A stretch of DNA of 64,000 bases, taken from NCBI GenBank assembly GCA_964633195.1, contig CAZWFL010000011.1:8932-72931 (forward strand), in the 5' to 3' direction. A model generated the notes under the pieces. The model was not told the DNA's origin and did not search any database. It worked only from the letters and a program-made list of their open reading frames with translations. This document shows, piece by piece, positions 36,565 through 46,874 of this stretch. The stretch is from an uncultured Rikenellaceae bacterium. Lineage in GTDB: Bacteria; Bacteroidota; Bacteroidia; Bacteroidales; VadinHA17. The position numbers and the translations under genes are program-made. How positions within the stretch are numbered: the first letter of the stretch is position 1; every line of letters starts with the position of its first letter.

Positions 36565-37776
36565 TTAAACTGTATGATGTTCAACAATATACCGGGTATC
36601 TGATGCTATTACAAATTCTTCATCAGTCGTGATCGCCATTACCTTCACTCTTGATTCAGGTTTGGAAATAACAATATCTTTACTTTTCACTCCGTCATTG
36701 GCCTTGAAGTCAAATACAATTCCAAGGTTTTCCATATCCGAACAGATCATGGCTCTCATCTTATGATCATTTTCACCCACCCCTCCTGTAAAGACAAGAA
36801 GGTCAAGTCCGTTAAGAGCAGCTATATATGATCCGATAAATTTCTTTACCTTATAGGCGTACATGTTCAGAGCCAGCAGGGCTTTCTCATTGCCTTCGGC
36901 TGCTGCATGCTCCAGATCACGCATATCTGATGAGAGTTGGGATATACCTGCGACCCCGCTCTTCTTGTTAATAAGATTATTAACTCCTTTGACGTTAAGA
37001 TGTTCCCTGTCGGCGATATAAATAAGCACTCCGGGATCTATTTCGCCTGTTCGGGTACCCATTATGAGTCCGTCAACTGGTGTGAAGCCCATGGAGGTAT
37101 CGATTGAACGTCCATTCTGAATAGCTGTTATTGATGCTCCGTTACCGAGATGACACGTAATTATTTTAAGCTCCTTAACATCATGACCAAGCAGGTTTGC
37201 AGCCTTTGACGCAACAAATTTATGACTTGTCCCGTGATACCCGTACTTTCTTATCCTGTATTTCTCGTAATACTCGTAGGGCAACGCATACATATACGCA
37301 TAATCAGGCATTGTCTGATGGAAAGAAGTATCAAAAACAGCAACCTGGGGTATTCCTGGTATCAGTTTCTCAACTGAAAGGATACCCTTGAGGTTTGCCG
37401 GATTATGAAGTGGTGCAAGATCGCTGAAAAGTTCAACGTTCCTCTTAACATCGTTGTCTATGAGAATACTTTCCTTGTAATCCTCTCCCCCGTTTACAAC
37501 CCTGTGGCCAACAGCCTTAATCTCATTGATATCTTTAATTACGCCATACTTTGTATCTGTGAGGGCCGCCATCACCATATTGATACCGGTTGTGTGGTCT
37601 GGAATATCGGTTATTACCCTGTAGGGCTCTTTTTCCATAGGCTTATGCGTCAGAATACTGTCGTTAAGTCCTATCCTCTCAAGCAATCCTTTAGCCAGCA
37701 TTTTCGTCCCGTCCTTCATATCAAACAACTGGTACTTAATCGAAGAGCTTCCGCAGTTTAAAACAAGGATGATCAT
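36565..37776 (-). CDS. ackA: Acetate kinase
   Basis: LNCGSSSIKY, GHRVV, APLHNP, FDTSFH, HGTSH, HLGNGAS, FTGGVGEN, TDEE. Confidence 0.96.
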   Translation of the reverse strand: MIILVLNCGSSSIKYQLFDMKDGTKMLAKGLLERIGLNDSILTHKPMEKEPYRVITDIPDHTTGINMVMAALTDTKYGVIKDINEIKAVGHRVVNGGEDYKESILIDNDVKRNVELFSDLAPLHNPANLKGILSVEKLIPGIPQVAVFDTSFHQTMPDYAYMYALPYEYYEKYRIRKYGYHGTSHKFVASKAANLLGHDVKELKIITCHLGNGASITAIQNGRSIDTSMGFTPVDGLIMGTRTGEIDPGVLIYIADREHLNVKGVNNLINKKSGVAGISQLSSDMRDLEHAAAEGNEKALLALNMYAYKVKKFIGSYIAALNGLDLLVFTGGVGENDHKMRAMICSDMENLGIVFDFKANDGVKSKDIVISKPESRVKVMAITTDEEFVIASDTRYIVEHHTV

Positions 37777-37822
37777 AGTTTTCTTAATGTTATTTTGATT
37801 ATTTTAAATTATTTCTGTACAA

Positions 37823-38824
37823 TTATTTACCAGCCGCCTGATTTGCCGTAATGGCTATCATTGATACAATATCATTAACTGAACATCCTCTCGAAAGATC
37901 ATTTATCGGAGCAGCCATTCCCTGGAGTATCGGACCAATTGCTTCGGCATGTGCCAGCCTCTGTACAAGTTTATATGCTATATTTCCTGACTGGAGATCG
38001 GGAAAAACCAGGACATTGGCTTTGCCTGCAATCCTGCTCCCGGGGGCTTTCTTCTGTCCAATTGATTCGACCAGGGCGGCATCCGCCTGAAGTTCACCTT
38101 CGATCAGCAGGTCAGGAGCCATCTCTCTTGCCAGTTTAACAGCATTAACGACTTTGTCAACCATCGGATGGCATGCACTGCCCATTGTAGAAAAACTCAG
38201 CAGGGCAATTCTCGGTTCAAAACCTGCTATGGCTCTTGCCGTATGAGCAGTTGCTATTGCGATCTCAGCAAGCTCCTTTTCTGTGGGATCCGGATGGACC
38301 GCCCCGTCGGCAAAAATAATTACTCCGTCCTCACCAAAATTTTTGTCCGGCAAAATCATAATAAATGCCCCCGACACAACGGATATTCCGGGAGCAGTCT
38401 TGACATAATGAAATGCAGGCCTCAGAACATCTCCGGTGGAATGATCAGCACCCGACACCTCTCCGTCTGCATCCCCATTCTTAATCATCATTACTCCAAG
38501 GTAGAGAGGATCTTCAATCAGCCTCGATGCCTCTCCGATTGTCATCCCCTTGTGCTTCCTCAGTTCTGTCATCAGCCCGGCATAATGCTCCTTCCTCTCA
38601 TGAGATTTCGGATTTACAATGGTCACTCCCTCAATATTCCCGAGCCCCAGCCTTAATGCATCAGCTTTTATCTTACCGGGATCCCCCAGCAGTATGATCC
38701 GGGCCAGCCCTTCACCTATAGCTATATCTGCAGCTTTTATGGTCCTCTCCTCATACCCCTCGGGTAATACTATACGTTTGTTATGTTTTTTTGCATTTTG
38801 TTTAATACGATCCAATAATTCCAT
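37823..38824 (-). CDS. pta: Phosphate acetyltransferase
   Basis: IVLPEG, LLSFST, GELQADAA, GNIAYK, NDLSRG. Confidence 0.96.
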   Translation of the reverse strand: MELLDRIKQNAKKHNKRIVLPEGYEERTIKAADIAIGEGLARIILLGDPGKIKADALRLGLGNIEGVTIVNPKSHERKEHYAGLMTELRKHKGMTIGEASRLIEDPLYLGVMMIKNGDADGEVSGADHSTGDVLRPAFHYVKTAPGISVVSGAFIMILPDKNFGEDGVIIFADGAVHPDPTEKELAEIAIATAHTARAIAGFEPRIALLSFSTMGSACHPMVDKVVNAVKLAREMAPDLLIEGELQADAALVESIGQKKAPGSRIAGKANVLVFPDLQSGNIAYKLVQRLAHAEAIGPILQGMAAPINDLSRGCSVNDIVSMIAITANQAAGK

Positions 38825-39010
38825 TGTATATCAATAATTTAATCCTTAATTTTTTTTTTCTAAATGTACAAAAAAAAAGTACATAACAACAATCACCTAA
38901 TACATGATTATTGTCAGTTTAACATTATTTCAGAAATTCTTTCAACCAAAAGGTATTGATATAAACCCGGTCAAATCATTTTCTTATTTTTGCAGGTTAA
39001 TGTCCGGGAC

Positions 39011-41992
39011 ATGGAGCAAACCTCTCTGATAAAAAAGCTTGAAGCTCTTAAGGAGACTCTTGAAGGTGATCTGAAATATGATATTATTACCCGTACAATC
39101 TATTCCACCGATGCCTCTGTATACAGAGAGATGCCGACTGCAGTAACCTGGCCCCGGGGAGTGGATGACATTAAAAAGATACTCTTTTTTGCAGTAAAAG
39201 AGAAAAGTAGTGTTACAGTCAGAGCTGCAGGGACCTCCCTGGCCGGACAGGTTGTCGGCCCGGGTATCATTATGGATATCTCCAGATACATGAACAGGAT
39301 CCTTGAGGTGAACGTTGAGGAGCGATGGGCCCGAGTGGAACCCGGGGTTATCCTCGATGAGTTTAACATGGCTCTGAAGGATTCAGGCCTCTTCTTCGGC
39401 CCTGAAACATCAACATCAAACAGGTGCAATATAGGAGGTATGGTCGGCAACAATGCATGCGGATCACACTCCCTTATTTACGGATCAACAAGAGATCACA
39501 CAACAGAATTGAAATGTATCCTGAGCGACGGCAGCGAAGCCCTTTTCAGGCCAGTCGACAAACTGACCTTCACTGAGAAATGCAGTCAGGAAGATCTTGA
39601 AGGGAAGATATACAGGAATATCAGAGATATGCTCTCTGACCCCTGCAACAGCAAAGCCATAAGAGACGGGTATCCCGATCCGGCAATACCAAGACGAAAT
39701 ACAGGTTATGCTCTTGACCTTCTCCTTGATACCGGGATATTTAACGACAGCTCCACGAAAAAATTCAATCTGTGCAACCTGATTGCCGGATCTGAAGGCA
39801 CCCTTGCTGTTATAACCGAGATCAGACTCAACCTGGTGCCTCTGCCCCCTGCGTGCAAAGCGCTGGTATGCGTCCATCTCAGGAAAAGAAATGATGCCTT
39901 CGGCGCAAACCTTGCAGCCCTTGAATTCAAACCCTCTGCCATAGAGATGATGGACGACAGGATACTGGAGCTTACAGAAAACAATCTAAGTCAGAGAAAC
40001 AACAGGTTTTTCCTTGACGGAAAGCCTGGCGCAATTCTTATTGTCGAATTTTGCAGGGAAACCACGGCCGATCTTGAAAGAGTGATTGCAGATCTTATTA
40101 ATTCTTTAAAGTCTTCAGGTTACGGGTTTTCATACCCTGTTGTGAAAGGTAAAGACATAAAAAGGGTGTGGGATCTCCGTAAGGCAGGACTCGGCATTCT
40201 GGGTAAGATGAAGGGTGATGCAAAACCGGTTTCACTTATTGAAGATACTGCCGTAAGGGTCGAAGACCTGCCCCGTTATATCGAAGAGTTTGAGGAATTG
40301 CTTTCCAGGTACGGCAAAGATGTTGTATATCACGCACATATAGGTACCGGGGAGTTGCACATCAGGCCTGTTCTCAACCTTAAGGAAAAGGAGGATGCTG
40401 AACTGTTCAGGAGACTTGGACATGAGACGGCCCTGCTGATAAGAAAATACAGGGGATCGATGAGCGGTGAACATGGAGACGGAAGACTGAGGGGTGAGTT
40501 TATTCCAATTATACTGGGTGAACATAACTATGAGCTTCTTAAATCATTAAAGCGAACCTGGGATCCGGATGGCATCCTGAATCCCGGAAAAATAACAGAG
40601 ACTCCCGGGATGAATACATTTCTCAGGTATATGCCCGGGAAAAAGACCAAAGAAATAGACACCATATACGACTTCAGTGCCTCTGATGGTATAATAAGGG
40701 CGGCAGAACAATGCAACGGATCGGGGGATTGCCGCAAAACGGTCAAATCGGGCGGCACCATGTGCCCCAGCTTCATGGCTACAGGCGATGAGAAGAATAC
40801 CACCCGTGCACGGGCGAATATTCTCCGGGAGTTTCTGAGCAAGGATGACTCTGACCCGTGGGATCACGAAGAGATATACGAGATACTTGATCTCTGCCTC
40901 AGCTGTAAAGGATGCAAATCCGAGTGCCCGTCGGGTGTTGATATCGCCAGGCTTAAATCAGAATTCCTTCAGCACTGGTACGACAAACATGGTGTGCCAT
41001 TGAGAACAAAGCTGACAGCATACATCATAACATTTAACAGACTTGGATCATTTGCCCCTTCTGTCTATAATTTCTTTTTAAGGAACAGCCTTACATCTGC
41101 AATTATAAAGAATGTTGCAGGCTTTGCCGGAAAAAGATCCATACCTTTACTATACAGTACAACATTACGGAAGTGGGCGAAGCGTAACGCAGAACAACTT
41201 AGCCCTTCAGAACCTGCAGGCACGGTCGTCCTTTTTATCGATGAATTCACCGATTACAACGACACAGTAACGGGCATTAATGCAGTCAGGCTCCTTACCT
41301 CCCTTAATTACAGGGTAATTTTTCACGATCACGATATCAGTGCAAGGACCTTTATCTCCAGGGGCCTCATCAGGAAAGCAAGAAAAATAATAAGGAATAA
41401 CATAAAAATACTTGCTGAGCTTATCTCCCATGATGTCCCACTTTTAGGGATAGAGCCTTCTGCCATCCTTGGATTCAGGGACGAATACCCTGAATTAGCA
41501 GGGAGCGATCTAAGGGAGAAGGCCGTAAGACTCTCAGCCGATTGCCTTATGATTGACGAGTTTATAGCCAGGGAATTCAGGGAGGGCAGGATAAGCCGCG
41601 ACATGTTCACCAGAGAGAAGAAAAGCATTCTCCTGCATGCACACTGTCAGCAAAAATCCGTTGCATCGTCAGAGTGTACACTTGAAATGCTGTCGATACC
41701 TGAAGGATACAGGGTAACCGAGATACCTTCTGGTTGCTGCGGAATGGCCGGATCGTTCGGTTACGAAAAGGAGCATTTTGATCTTTCCAACAGTATAGGA
41801 GAACTTATACTCTTCCCTGAAATCAGGAACAGCAGGGCAGAAACCATTATTGCCGCTCCCGGTACAAGCTGCAGACATCATATAATGGACGGTACCGGCA
41901 GAATTGCCCATCATCCTGTCGACATCTTGTATCAGGCACTGAAGAACGGAAGATATGATCCCTGTCCGGCAGGCAGATCATCAGTTAAGTGA
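39011..41992 (+). CDS. FAD-linked oxidoreductase with 4Fe-4S and CCG domains (YdiJ/D-2-hydroxyacid dehydrogenase-like)
   Basis: YSTDASVY, AGTSLAGQ, GSEGTLA, SGEHGDG, CLSCKGCKSECP, CCGMAG; ATG at 39011 preferred. Confidence 0.9.
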   Translation: MEQTSLIKKLEALKETLEGDLKYDIITRTIYSTDASVYREMPTAVTWPRGVDDIKKILFFAVKEKSSVTVRAAGTSLAGQVVGPGIIMDISRYMNRILEVNVEERWARVEPGVILDEFNMALKDSGLFFGPETSTSNRCNIGGMVGNNACGSHSLIYGSTRDHTTELKCILSDGSEALFRPVDKLTFTEKCSQEDLEGKIYRNIRDMLSDPCNSKAIRDGYPDPAIPRRNTGYALDLLLDTGIFNDSSTKKFNLCNLIAGSEGTLAVITEIRLNLVPLPPACKALVCVHLRKRNDAFGANLAALEFKPSAIEMMDDRILELTENNLSQRNNRFFLDGKPGAILIVEFCRETTADLERVIADLINSLKSSGYGFSYPVVKGKDIKRVWDLRKAGLGILGKMKGDAKPVSLIEDTAVRVEDLPRYIEEFEELLSRYGKDVVYHAHIGTGELHIRPVLNLKEKEDAELFRRLGHETALLIRKYRGSMSGEHGDGRLRGEFIPIILGEHNYELLKSLKRTWDPDGILNPGKITETPGMNTFLRYMPGKKTKEIDTIYDFSASDGIIRAAEQCNGSGDCRKTVKSGGTMCPSFMATGDEKNTTRARANILREFLSKDDSDPWDHEEIYEILDLCLSCKGCKSECPSGVDIARLKSEFLQHWYDKHGVPLRTKLTAYIITFNRLGSFAPSVYNFFLRNSLTSAIIKNVAGFAGKRSIPLLYSTTLRKWAKRNAEQLSPSEPAGTVVLFIDEFTDYNDTVTGINAVRLLTSLNYRVIFHDHDISARTFISRGLIRKARKIIRNNIKILAELISHDVPLLGIEPSAILGFRDEYPELAGSDLREKAVRLSADCLMIDEFIAREFREGRISRDMFTREKKSILLHAHCQQKSVASSECTLEMLSIPEGYRVTEIPSGCCGMAGSFGYEKEHFDLSNSIGELILFPEIRNSRAETIIAAPGTSCRHHIMDGTGRIAHHPVDILYQALKNGRYDPCPAGRSSVK

Positions 41993-43129
41993 CCGGTAGT
42001 ATTCAGTAAAGATCTCATTAATAAGGGGCCTGTAGTAAAGCCAGAAGAATCTTCGTGTATCGTTGGGCTTATCGGAATACAGCAATCCCTTTAATTTATT
42101 AACACCCACAAATCTTGCTGTCCAAGACCATACCGGATTTGTGGCAAAATCTCCGGAGAAATAGAAGGTCCTCTGGCCGACAGGATCCATAACCACTGCC
42201 GGAAACTCATTGTCGAGCATGTTATTAAAGAGGAGTGTATCGCCCACAGTATTAGTCTCTATCCGGAATTTCGAAACAACTTCATTGTCGAGAGGCTCGA
42301 TTATATCGAACCAGTTGCCGAATGCAACTGCTGGTGGCACCCCGTACCTTGTACAATACTCCTGATCGGTGACAATAACCGGCAGGGGATTGTTAAGATG
42401 TGTTCCTTCCTCGAGCACTATTATGCTCTTTTCTGTGAGAAGAACTATACCGGCTTTTTTGAAGGTCCAGGGCTGACTGTACTGTTTTCTGTACATGGCT
42501 GTCATCCATATCGGAAAATCCTTGTCGAGGCTGTCGAGTTTTGTGAAATATTTTCCCACCCAACCGGTGAAGCGTATCCCCAGCTTTTCCTGGGTCCTGT
42601 ATGCCTCAAACTGGGCTGTGGGATAATCAAAGGTGTTATATTCCAGAATCACGAGCTTATTCTTCTCCTTCATCTCACTAAAAAGGATATAATCGTTATT
42701 GTTTAACCCCCCGTACAGCTTTCTGGATTTTCTGCTTTTGTTTATTCCAACGTAAAAATCATTGAAAAAGACCCCGTAAGTATCTGCTATATAGAGGACA
42801 TCATTCTGCTCCGGAAGATCAATCATATCAGAAAGACGATATTCCCTTCTTGTGCTCCCTCTCTCTTTGAGCGGTCTTGTCGGGGAGAACCCGTAATAAT
42901 CCTTCCTGAAGCTGTAACTGCTCTTCCTTTCCTTCTTTACAAACCTTTCATTGGTCAGGATCCATACCAGCGATTTATGCTTGATACGTTCGAGAGTGGG
43001 AACGGTCTTGTTAAGTATAATGATATCCAGTGGCATTTTCTCCTGAAAAGTCCAGCGGATCAGGTTAATTACCGGCAGAACCAATAACAGTGCCAGAATA
43101 ACAATTACTATTAGCAGGGGTTTTTTCAT
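41981..43129 (-). CDS. Hypothetical membrane-anchored protein
   Basis: 382-aa ORF with an N-terminal TM segment; NKTVP, YIADTYGV, FYFSGDFA. Confidence 0.7.
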   Translation of the reverse strand: MKKPLLIVIVILALLLVLPVINLIRWTFQEKMPLDIIILNKTVPTLERIKHKSLVWILTNERFVKKERKSSYSFRKDYYGFSPTRPLKERGSTRREYRLSDMIDLPEQNDVLYIADTYGVFFNDFYVGINKSRKSRKLYGGLNNNDYILFSEMKEKNKLVILEYNTFDYPTAQFEAYRTQEKLGIRFTGWVGKYFTKLDSLDKDFPIWMTAMYRKQYSQPWTFKKAGIVLLTEKSIIVLEEGTHLNNPLPVIVTDQEYCTRYGVPPAVAFGNWFDIIEPLDNEVVSKFRIETNTVGDTLLFNNMLDNEFPAVVMDPVGQRTFYFSGDFATNPVWSWTARFVGVNKLKGLLYSDKPNDTRRFFWLYYRPLINEIFTEYYRSLN

Positions 43130-43446
43130 AGCTGAATAAATATCTGCAAGAATTCAAATACTGTATACAATAACCTTGAATTGCAATAATTTATTATAAA
43201 AACTGTTAAAAGTATTAAATTATTTTTTCATAAAGGAAATAAATTCACTCCAAATTAGCAAAAATTTCTTGATGGCCGGCAATATATCAGTATCCGCAAG
43301 CGTGTTCTCTCCTCTTTTATCTTCACCCGCCTGAGAAAATCAGGAGCGCAAGTACAATAATTGACCTGTTCATTTATCACGTTCGTTTAGGCTGGTCAAA
43401 TTTAGGATTATTGTTCTTAATTTTACCCAAACAAAAAAAAACAGCA

Positions 43447-44745
43447 ATGCTGGCAAATCAACCTCTGGCAGAAAGGCTGCGGCCAAAAAACCTGGATGAC
43501 TTCTGCGGACAGGACCATCTCGCCGGAAAAAACGCCGTTCTGAGGAAAGTAATTGAATCGGGCAATATCCCTTCCTTTATATTATGGGGACCTCCCGGAG
43601 TGGGCAAGACTACACTGGCAACTATAATAGCCAATACTCTTAAAAGGCCATTTTTCCATCTGAGTGCCGTACATTCCGGGGTCAAAGACGTGAGAGAAAC
43701 CATTGAAAAAGCAAAAAAACAGCAGTTTTTCAATCAACCAAATCCCATATTGTTTATCGATGAGATACATCGTTTTAACAAATCACAACAGGATTCTCTG
43801 TTAAGCGCTGTTGAACAGGGGATAATAACACTGATAGGTGCGACGACTGAAAACCCATCCTTCGAGGTTATCGCTCCTCTCCTCTCCCGCTGCCAGGTTT
43901 ATATTATGAAACCGCTCGGGGAAGAGGATCTGAAGGGTTTGCTTAAAAGGGCACTTGTGAGAGATATCTATCTGGCCAGATATGAAATTGAAATAACCGG
44001 GTATGAAGCTTTCCTGCGTATTTCCGGCGGCGATGCCAGAAAACTTTATAATGCGCTTGAGCTGGTGGTCTCATCGGAGGCAGATGAGAACTCTTCACAG
44101 AAGATCGAGATTGACAACGAAAAGGTTCTTAAACATGTACAGAAAAACCTGGCTCTCTACGACAAGAATGGGGAACAACATTATGATATTATTTCCGCAT
44201 TTATCAAATCTCTCAGGGGAAGTGATCCCAATGCAGCTGTTTACTGGCTGGCAAGAATGGTTGAAGGCGGAGAGGATCCTAAGTTCATAGCCCGCAGGAT
44301 GCTTATACTGGCCGCTGAGGATATAGGGCTGGCAAATCCGAATGCTCTGCTCATCGCCCAGGCCTGTTTTGATTCAGTAAATGTCATAGGATGGCCCGAA
44401 TCAAGAATAATACTTTCAGAAACAGCTATATATCTGGCAACATCACCAAAAAGCAATACTGCCTACCTTGCGATTGAGAACGCCATCGAAACTGTTCAGA
44501 GAACCGGGGATGTACCTGTACCTCTCAATATCAGGAACGCCCCCACCAGTCTGATGAAGAACCTTGGATATGGCAGGGATTACAGGTATGCACACAGCTA
44601 TGAAGGCAACTTCGTTCCTGATAATTTCCTTCCTGAAGAGATCTCCGGAACCATTTTTTACGAACCTGGTACAAATCCGAGAGAGGAAGAGGTAAGAAAA
44701 AGGCTTGAAGTAATATGGAAGCAGTTTTATAAATATAAAAGGTAA
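43447..44745 (+). CDS. rarA: Replication-associated recombination protein A
   Basis: [48 protein letters not shown]; ATG at 43447 preferred. Confidence 0.95.
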   Translation: MLANQPLAERLRPKNLDDFCGQDHLAGKNAVLRKVIESGNIPSFILWGPPGVGKTTLATIIANTLKRPFFHLSAVHSGVKDVRETIEKAKKQQFFNQPNPILFIDEIHRFNKSQQDSLLSAVEQGIITLIGATTENPSFEVIAPLLSRCQVYIMKPLGEEDLKGLLKRALVRDIYLARYEIEITGYEAFLRISGGDARKLYNALELVVSSEADENSSQKIEIDNEKVLKHVQKNLALYDKNGEQHYDIISAFIKSLRGSDPNAAVYWLARMVEGGEDPKFIARRMLILAAEDIGLANPNALLIAQACFDSVNVIGWPESRIILSETAIYLATSPKSNTAYLAIENAIETVQRTGDVPVPLNIRNAPTSLMKNLGYGRDYRYAHSYEGNFVPDNFLPEEISGTIFYEPGTNPREEEVRKRLEVIWKQFYKYKR

Positions 44746-44786
44746 CCCTGAACAATGTACCGTTTTTTATTTAATTTTACCATCCA

Positions 44787-45614
44787 ATGACTGTAAAGGG
44801 AATAAATATCCCCGGACTGGCATTCCGGGATAATGGCAATTTCCTCCTTATAGCCGGCCCGTGTGTGGTAGAAGGCAGGGATGTGGTTTTTAAGACAGCT
44901 GAAAAGATATGCCGGCTGACGGAGAAGCTTAAAATACCTTTTGTGTTCAAATCATCATACCGTAAGGCAAACCGTTCCCGGGGCGACTCATTCTCCGGTA
45001 TCGGAGATGAAAAAGCCCTGGAGATACTTGCAGAAGTAAGGCAGAGGTTCGGCGTTCCCGTATTAACCGACATACATAGCCCCGGGGAGGCCATCCTTGC
45101 AGCCCGATATGCGGATGTTCTGCAGATACCGGCATTCCTTTGCAGACAATCAGACCTCCTGGTGGCTGCTGCAAAAACAGAAAAATGGATCAATATCAAA
45201 AAAGGCCAGTTTCTCTCAGGATCCTCAATGAGGCATGCTGTCGAAAAAGTAGCAAAATCAGGTAATGACAGGATCATGCTGACTGAACGGGGAAACATGT
45301 TCGGATATCAGGATCTTGTGGTTGATTTTCGCAACATACCGGCCATGCAGAAAACAGGAGTGCCGGTAATAGTGGATATAACCCATTCTCTGCAAAAGCC
45401 AAACCAGGAGACAGGTGTCTCAGGCGGTGAGCCTGAACTTATTGAGACTCTGGGAAGGGCTGCAATAAGTGTCGGGGCTGATGGCATTTTCCTCGAGACA
45501 CACCCGGACCCTGCATCAGCTCTCTCCGACGGAGCTAATATGCTGAAGCTGGATGATCTCGGGAAGCTGCTTGAAAGACTTACGGCACTAAGAAAGACTT
45601 TGAATCTGTTTTAA
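44787..45614 (+). CDS. kdsA: KDO-8-phosphate synthase
   Basis: IAGPCVVE, KANRS, QIPAFLCRQ, KKGQF, DITHSLQ, ETHPDP, SDG. Confidence 0.96.
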   Translation: MTVKGINIPGLAFRDNGNFLLIAGPCVVEGRDVVFKTAEKICRLTEKLKIPFVFKSSYRKANRSRGDSFSGIGDEKALEILAEVRQRFGVPVLTDIHSPGEAILAARYADVLQIPAFLCRQSDLLVAAAKTEKWINIKKGQFLSGSSMRHAVEKVAKSGNDRIMLTERGNMFGYQDLVVDFRNIPAMQKTGVPVIVDITHSLQKPNQETGVSGGEPELIETLGRAAISVGADGIFLETHPDPASALSDGANMLKLDDLGKLLERLTALRKTLNLF

Positions 45615-45663
45615 TAATATTATAATTAACTTCCGTTTAAACAAACTATTAAAAATCTACTGT

Positions 45664-46368
45664 ATGAAAAAGCTATTTCTTGTAATGGCAGGACTGCTGG
45701 CAGCCGTCGTCATTAATGCACAAACAATTGAGGAAATTATAAAGAAGTATTCCGATGCAAACGGGCTCGACAAACTTAAGAACGTCAGCACTATAAAAAT
45801 AACAGGGAAGATGTCGTCGATGGGGATGGAGATGCCACTCGAAGTATACATGAAAAATCCTGACAAGATCAAGATGGTTTACAGCTTCAGCGGCCAGAAC
45901 ATGATAACTGTTTTCGACGGGGAAAAAGGTTATATGGTTAATCCCATGACGGGTTCATCCCAACCGGTGGCGCTCACACCCGAGCAGACCAGACAGATAC
46001 AGGAGAACAACACATTCAGAAATCAGCTTCTCGATTATCTGGACAAGGGCAAGCTTACCCTTGAGGGGGAAGAGTCAGTAGCCGGCAAGCCTGCCTTCAA
46101 GCTGAGGGCCATTGTAGAAGGAGCAGGACCTGTTTATATGTTTATCGATAAAGGCTCGTATTTACTTGTCAAATCGTCCGCCACAGTAGAACAGATGGGT
46201 ACCAAAATGAATGTGGAGACCTTTATGACCGATTATAGCAGCCACGATGGTATCTTCATGCCAAAAAAGACTACCACCACTGCCAATGGAATGGAAGCGG
46301 CTGTCATCACATACGATAAGATAGAGCTGAACCTGCCCATTGAAGATTCAGTATTCGCAGTTAAGTAA
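45664..46368 (+). CDS. Exported LolA-like / outer-membrane lipoprotein-sorting family protein
   Basis: Signal peptide; IIKKY...G, KNPDK, FDGEKG, IDKGSYL pattern. Confidence 0.65.
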   Translation: MKKLFLVMAGLLAAVVINAQTIEEIIKKYSDANGLDKLKNVSTIKITGKMSSMGMEMPLEVYMKNPDKIKMVYSFSGQNMITVFDGEKGYMVNPMTGSSQPVALTPEQTRQIQENNTFRNQLLDYLDKGKLTLEGEESVAGKPAFKLRAIVEGAGPVYMFIDKGSYLLVKSSATVEQMGTKMNVETFMTDYSSHDGIFMPKKTTTTANGMEAAVITYDKIELNLPIEDSVFAVK

Positions 46369-46390
46369 AAAAAGGATAGTGATAAAACGA

Positions 46391-46417
46391 GCAGGGACAC
46401 TTTATAGGTGTCCCTGC
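46391..46417. terminator. Hairpin terminator between the convergent rnpB and LolA-like gene
   Basis: GCAGGGACAC-TTTATAG-GTGTCCCTGC, a perfect 10-bp stem. Confidence 0.75.
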
Positions 46418-46421
46418 GTTA

Positions 46422-46813
46422 TGCAGCCGGCCTGTAAGCCGGATTCTGTTCCGGATTTGTTTTCTGCGAAAGAAGTTAAATCCGGTTTCCATCATTTCTC
46501 TGGTCACGATATCACTACCGTGATCGTGCGACCTACCCCCCGGCACCGGACGAGCAGCCCTCAAAGCCGGTATACATGGTCTCGCAACCCATAAGGTGTA
46601 CGGCATCCTGTGTTACCACCGGAACCGGTGAGCCCTTACCTCACCTTTTCACCCTTATCCCGGCATGTCATGCCGGGACGGTTATTTTCTGTTACACTTC
46701 TATACCCTCACGGATATCTTCCTGTTAGGAAGTATGGTGCTCTCTGTTGTCCGGACTTTCCTTTCCGTAAACCCGTGCATAACGGGAACGGAACGATGGA
46801 ACGGCCGGCTGCA
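46422..46813 (-). ncRNA. rnpB: RNase P RNA (type A)
   Basis: The minus strand has GGAAAGTCCGG and AACAGAATCCGGCTTA (P4 motifs); P1 is TGCAGCCGGCC/GGCCGGCTGCA; a TACCTTTG -7 box lies just upstream. Confidence 0.97.
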
Positions 46814-46874
46814 CTGCAAAGGTAACAAATAAACCACAATACGGAAAATTGGTTATTTTTGCGCTGCAGGAAAA

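Noticed and set aside
41956-41980. CCTGTCCGGCAGGCAG resembling the REP-like family
   Set aside because: It lacks the TCCCG/CGGGA stem and is better explained as a small hairpin between convergent genes.
46340-46825. Short ORFs 46340-46594, 46361-46606 and 46610-46825
   Set aside because: They overlap the RNase P RNA gene.
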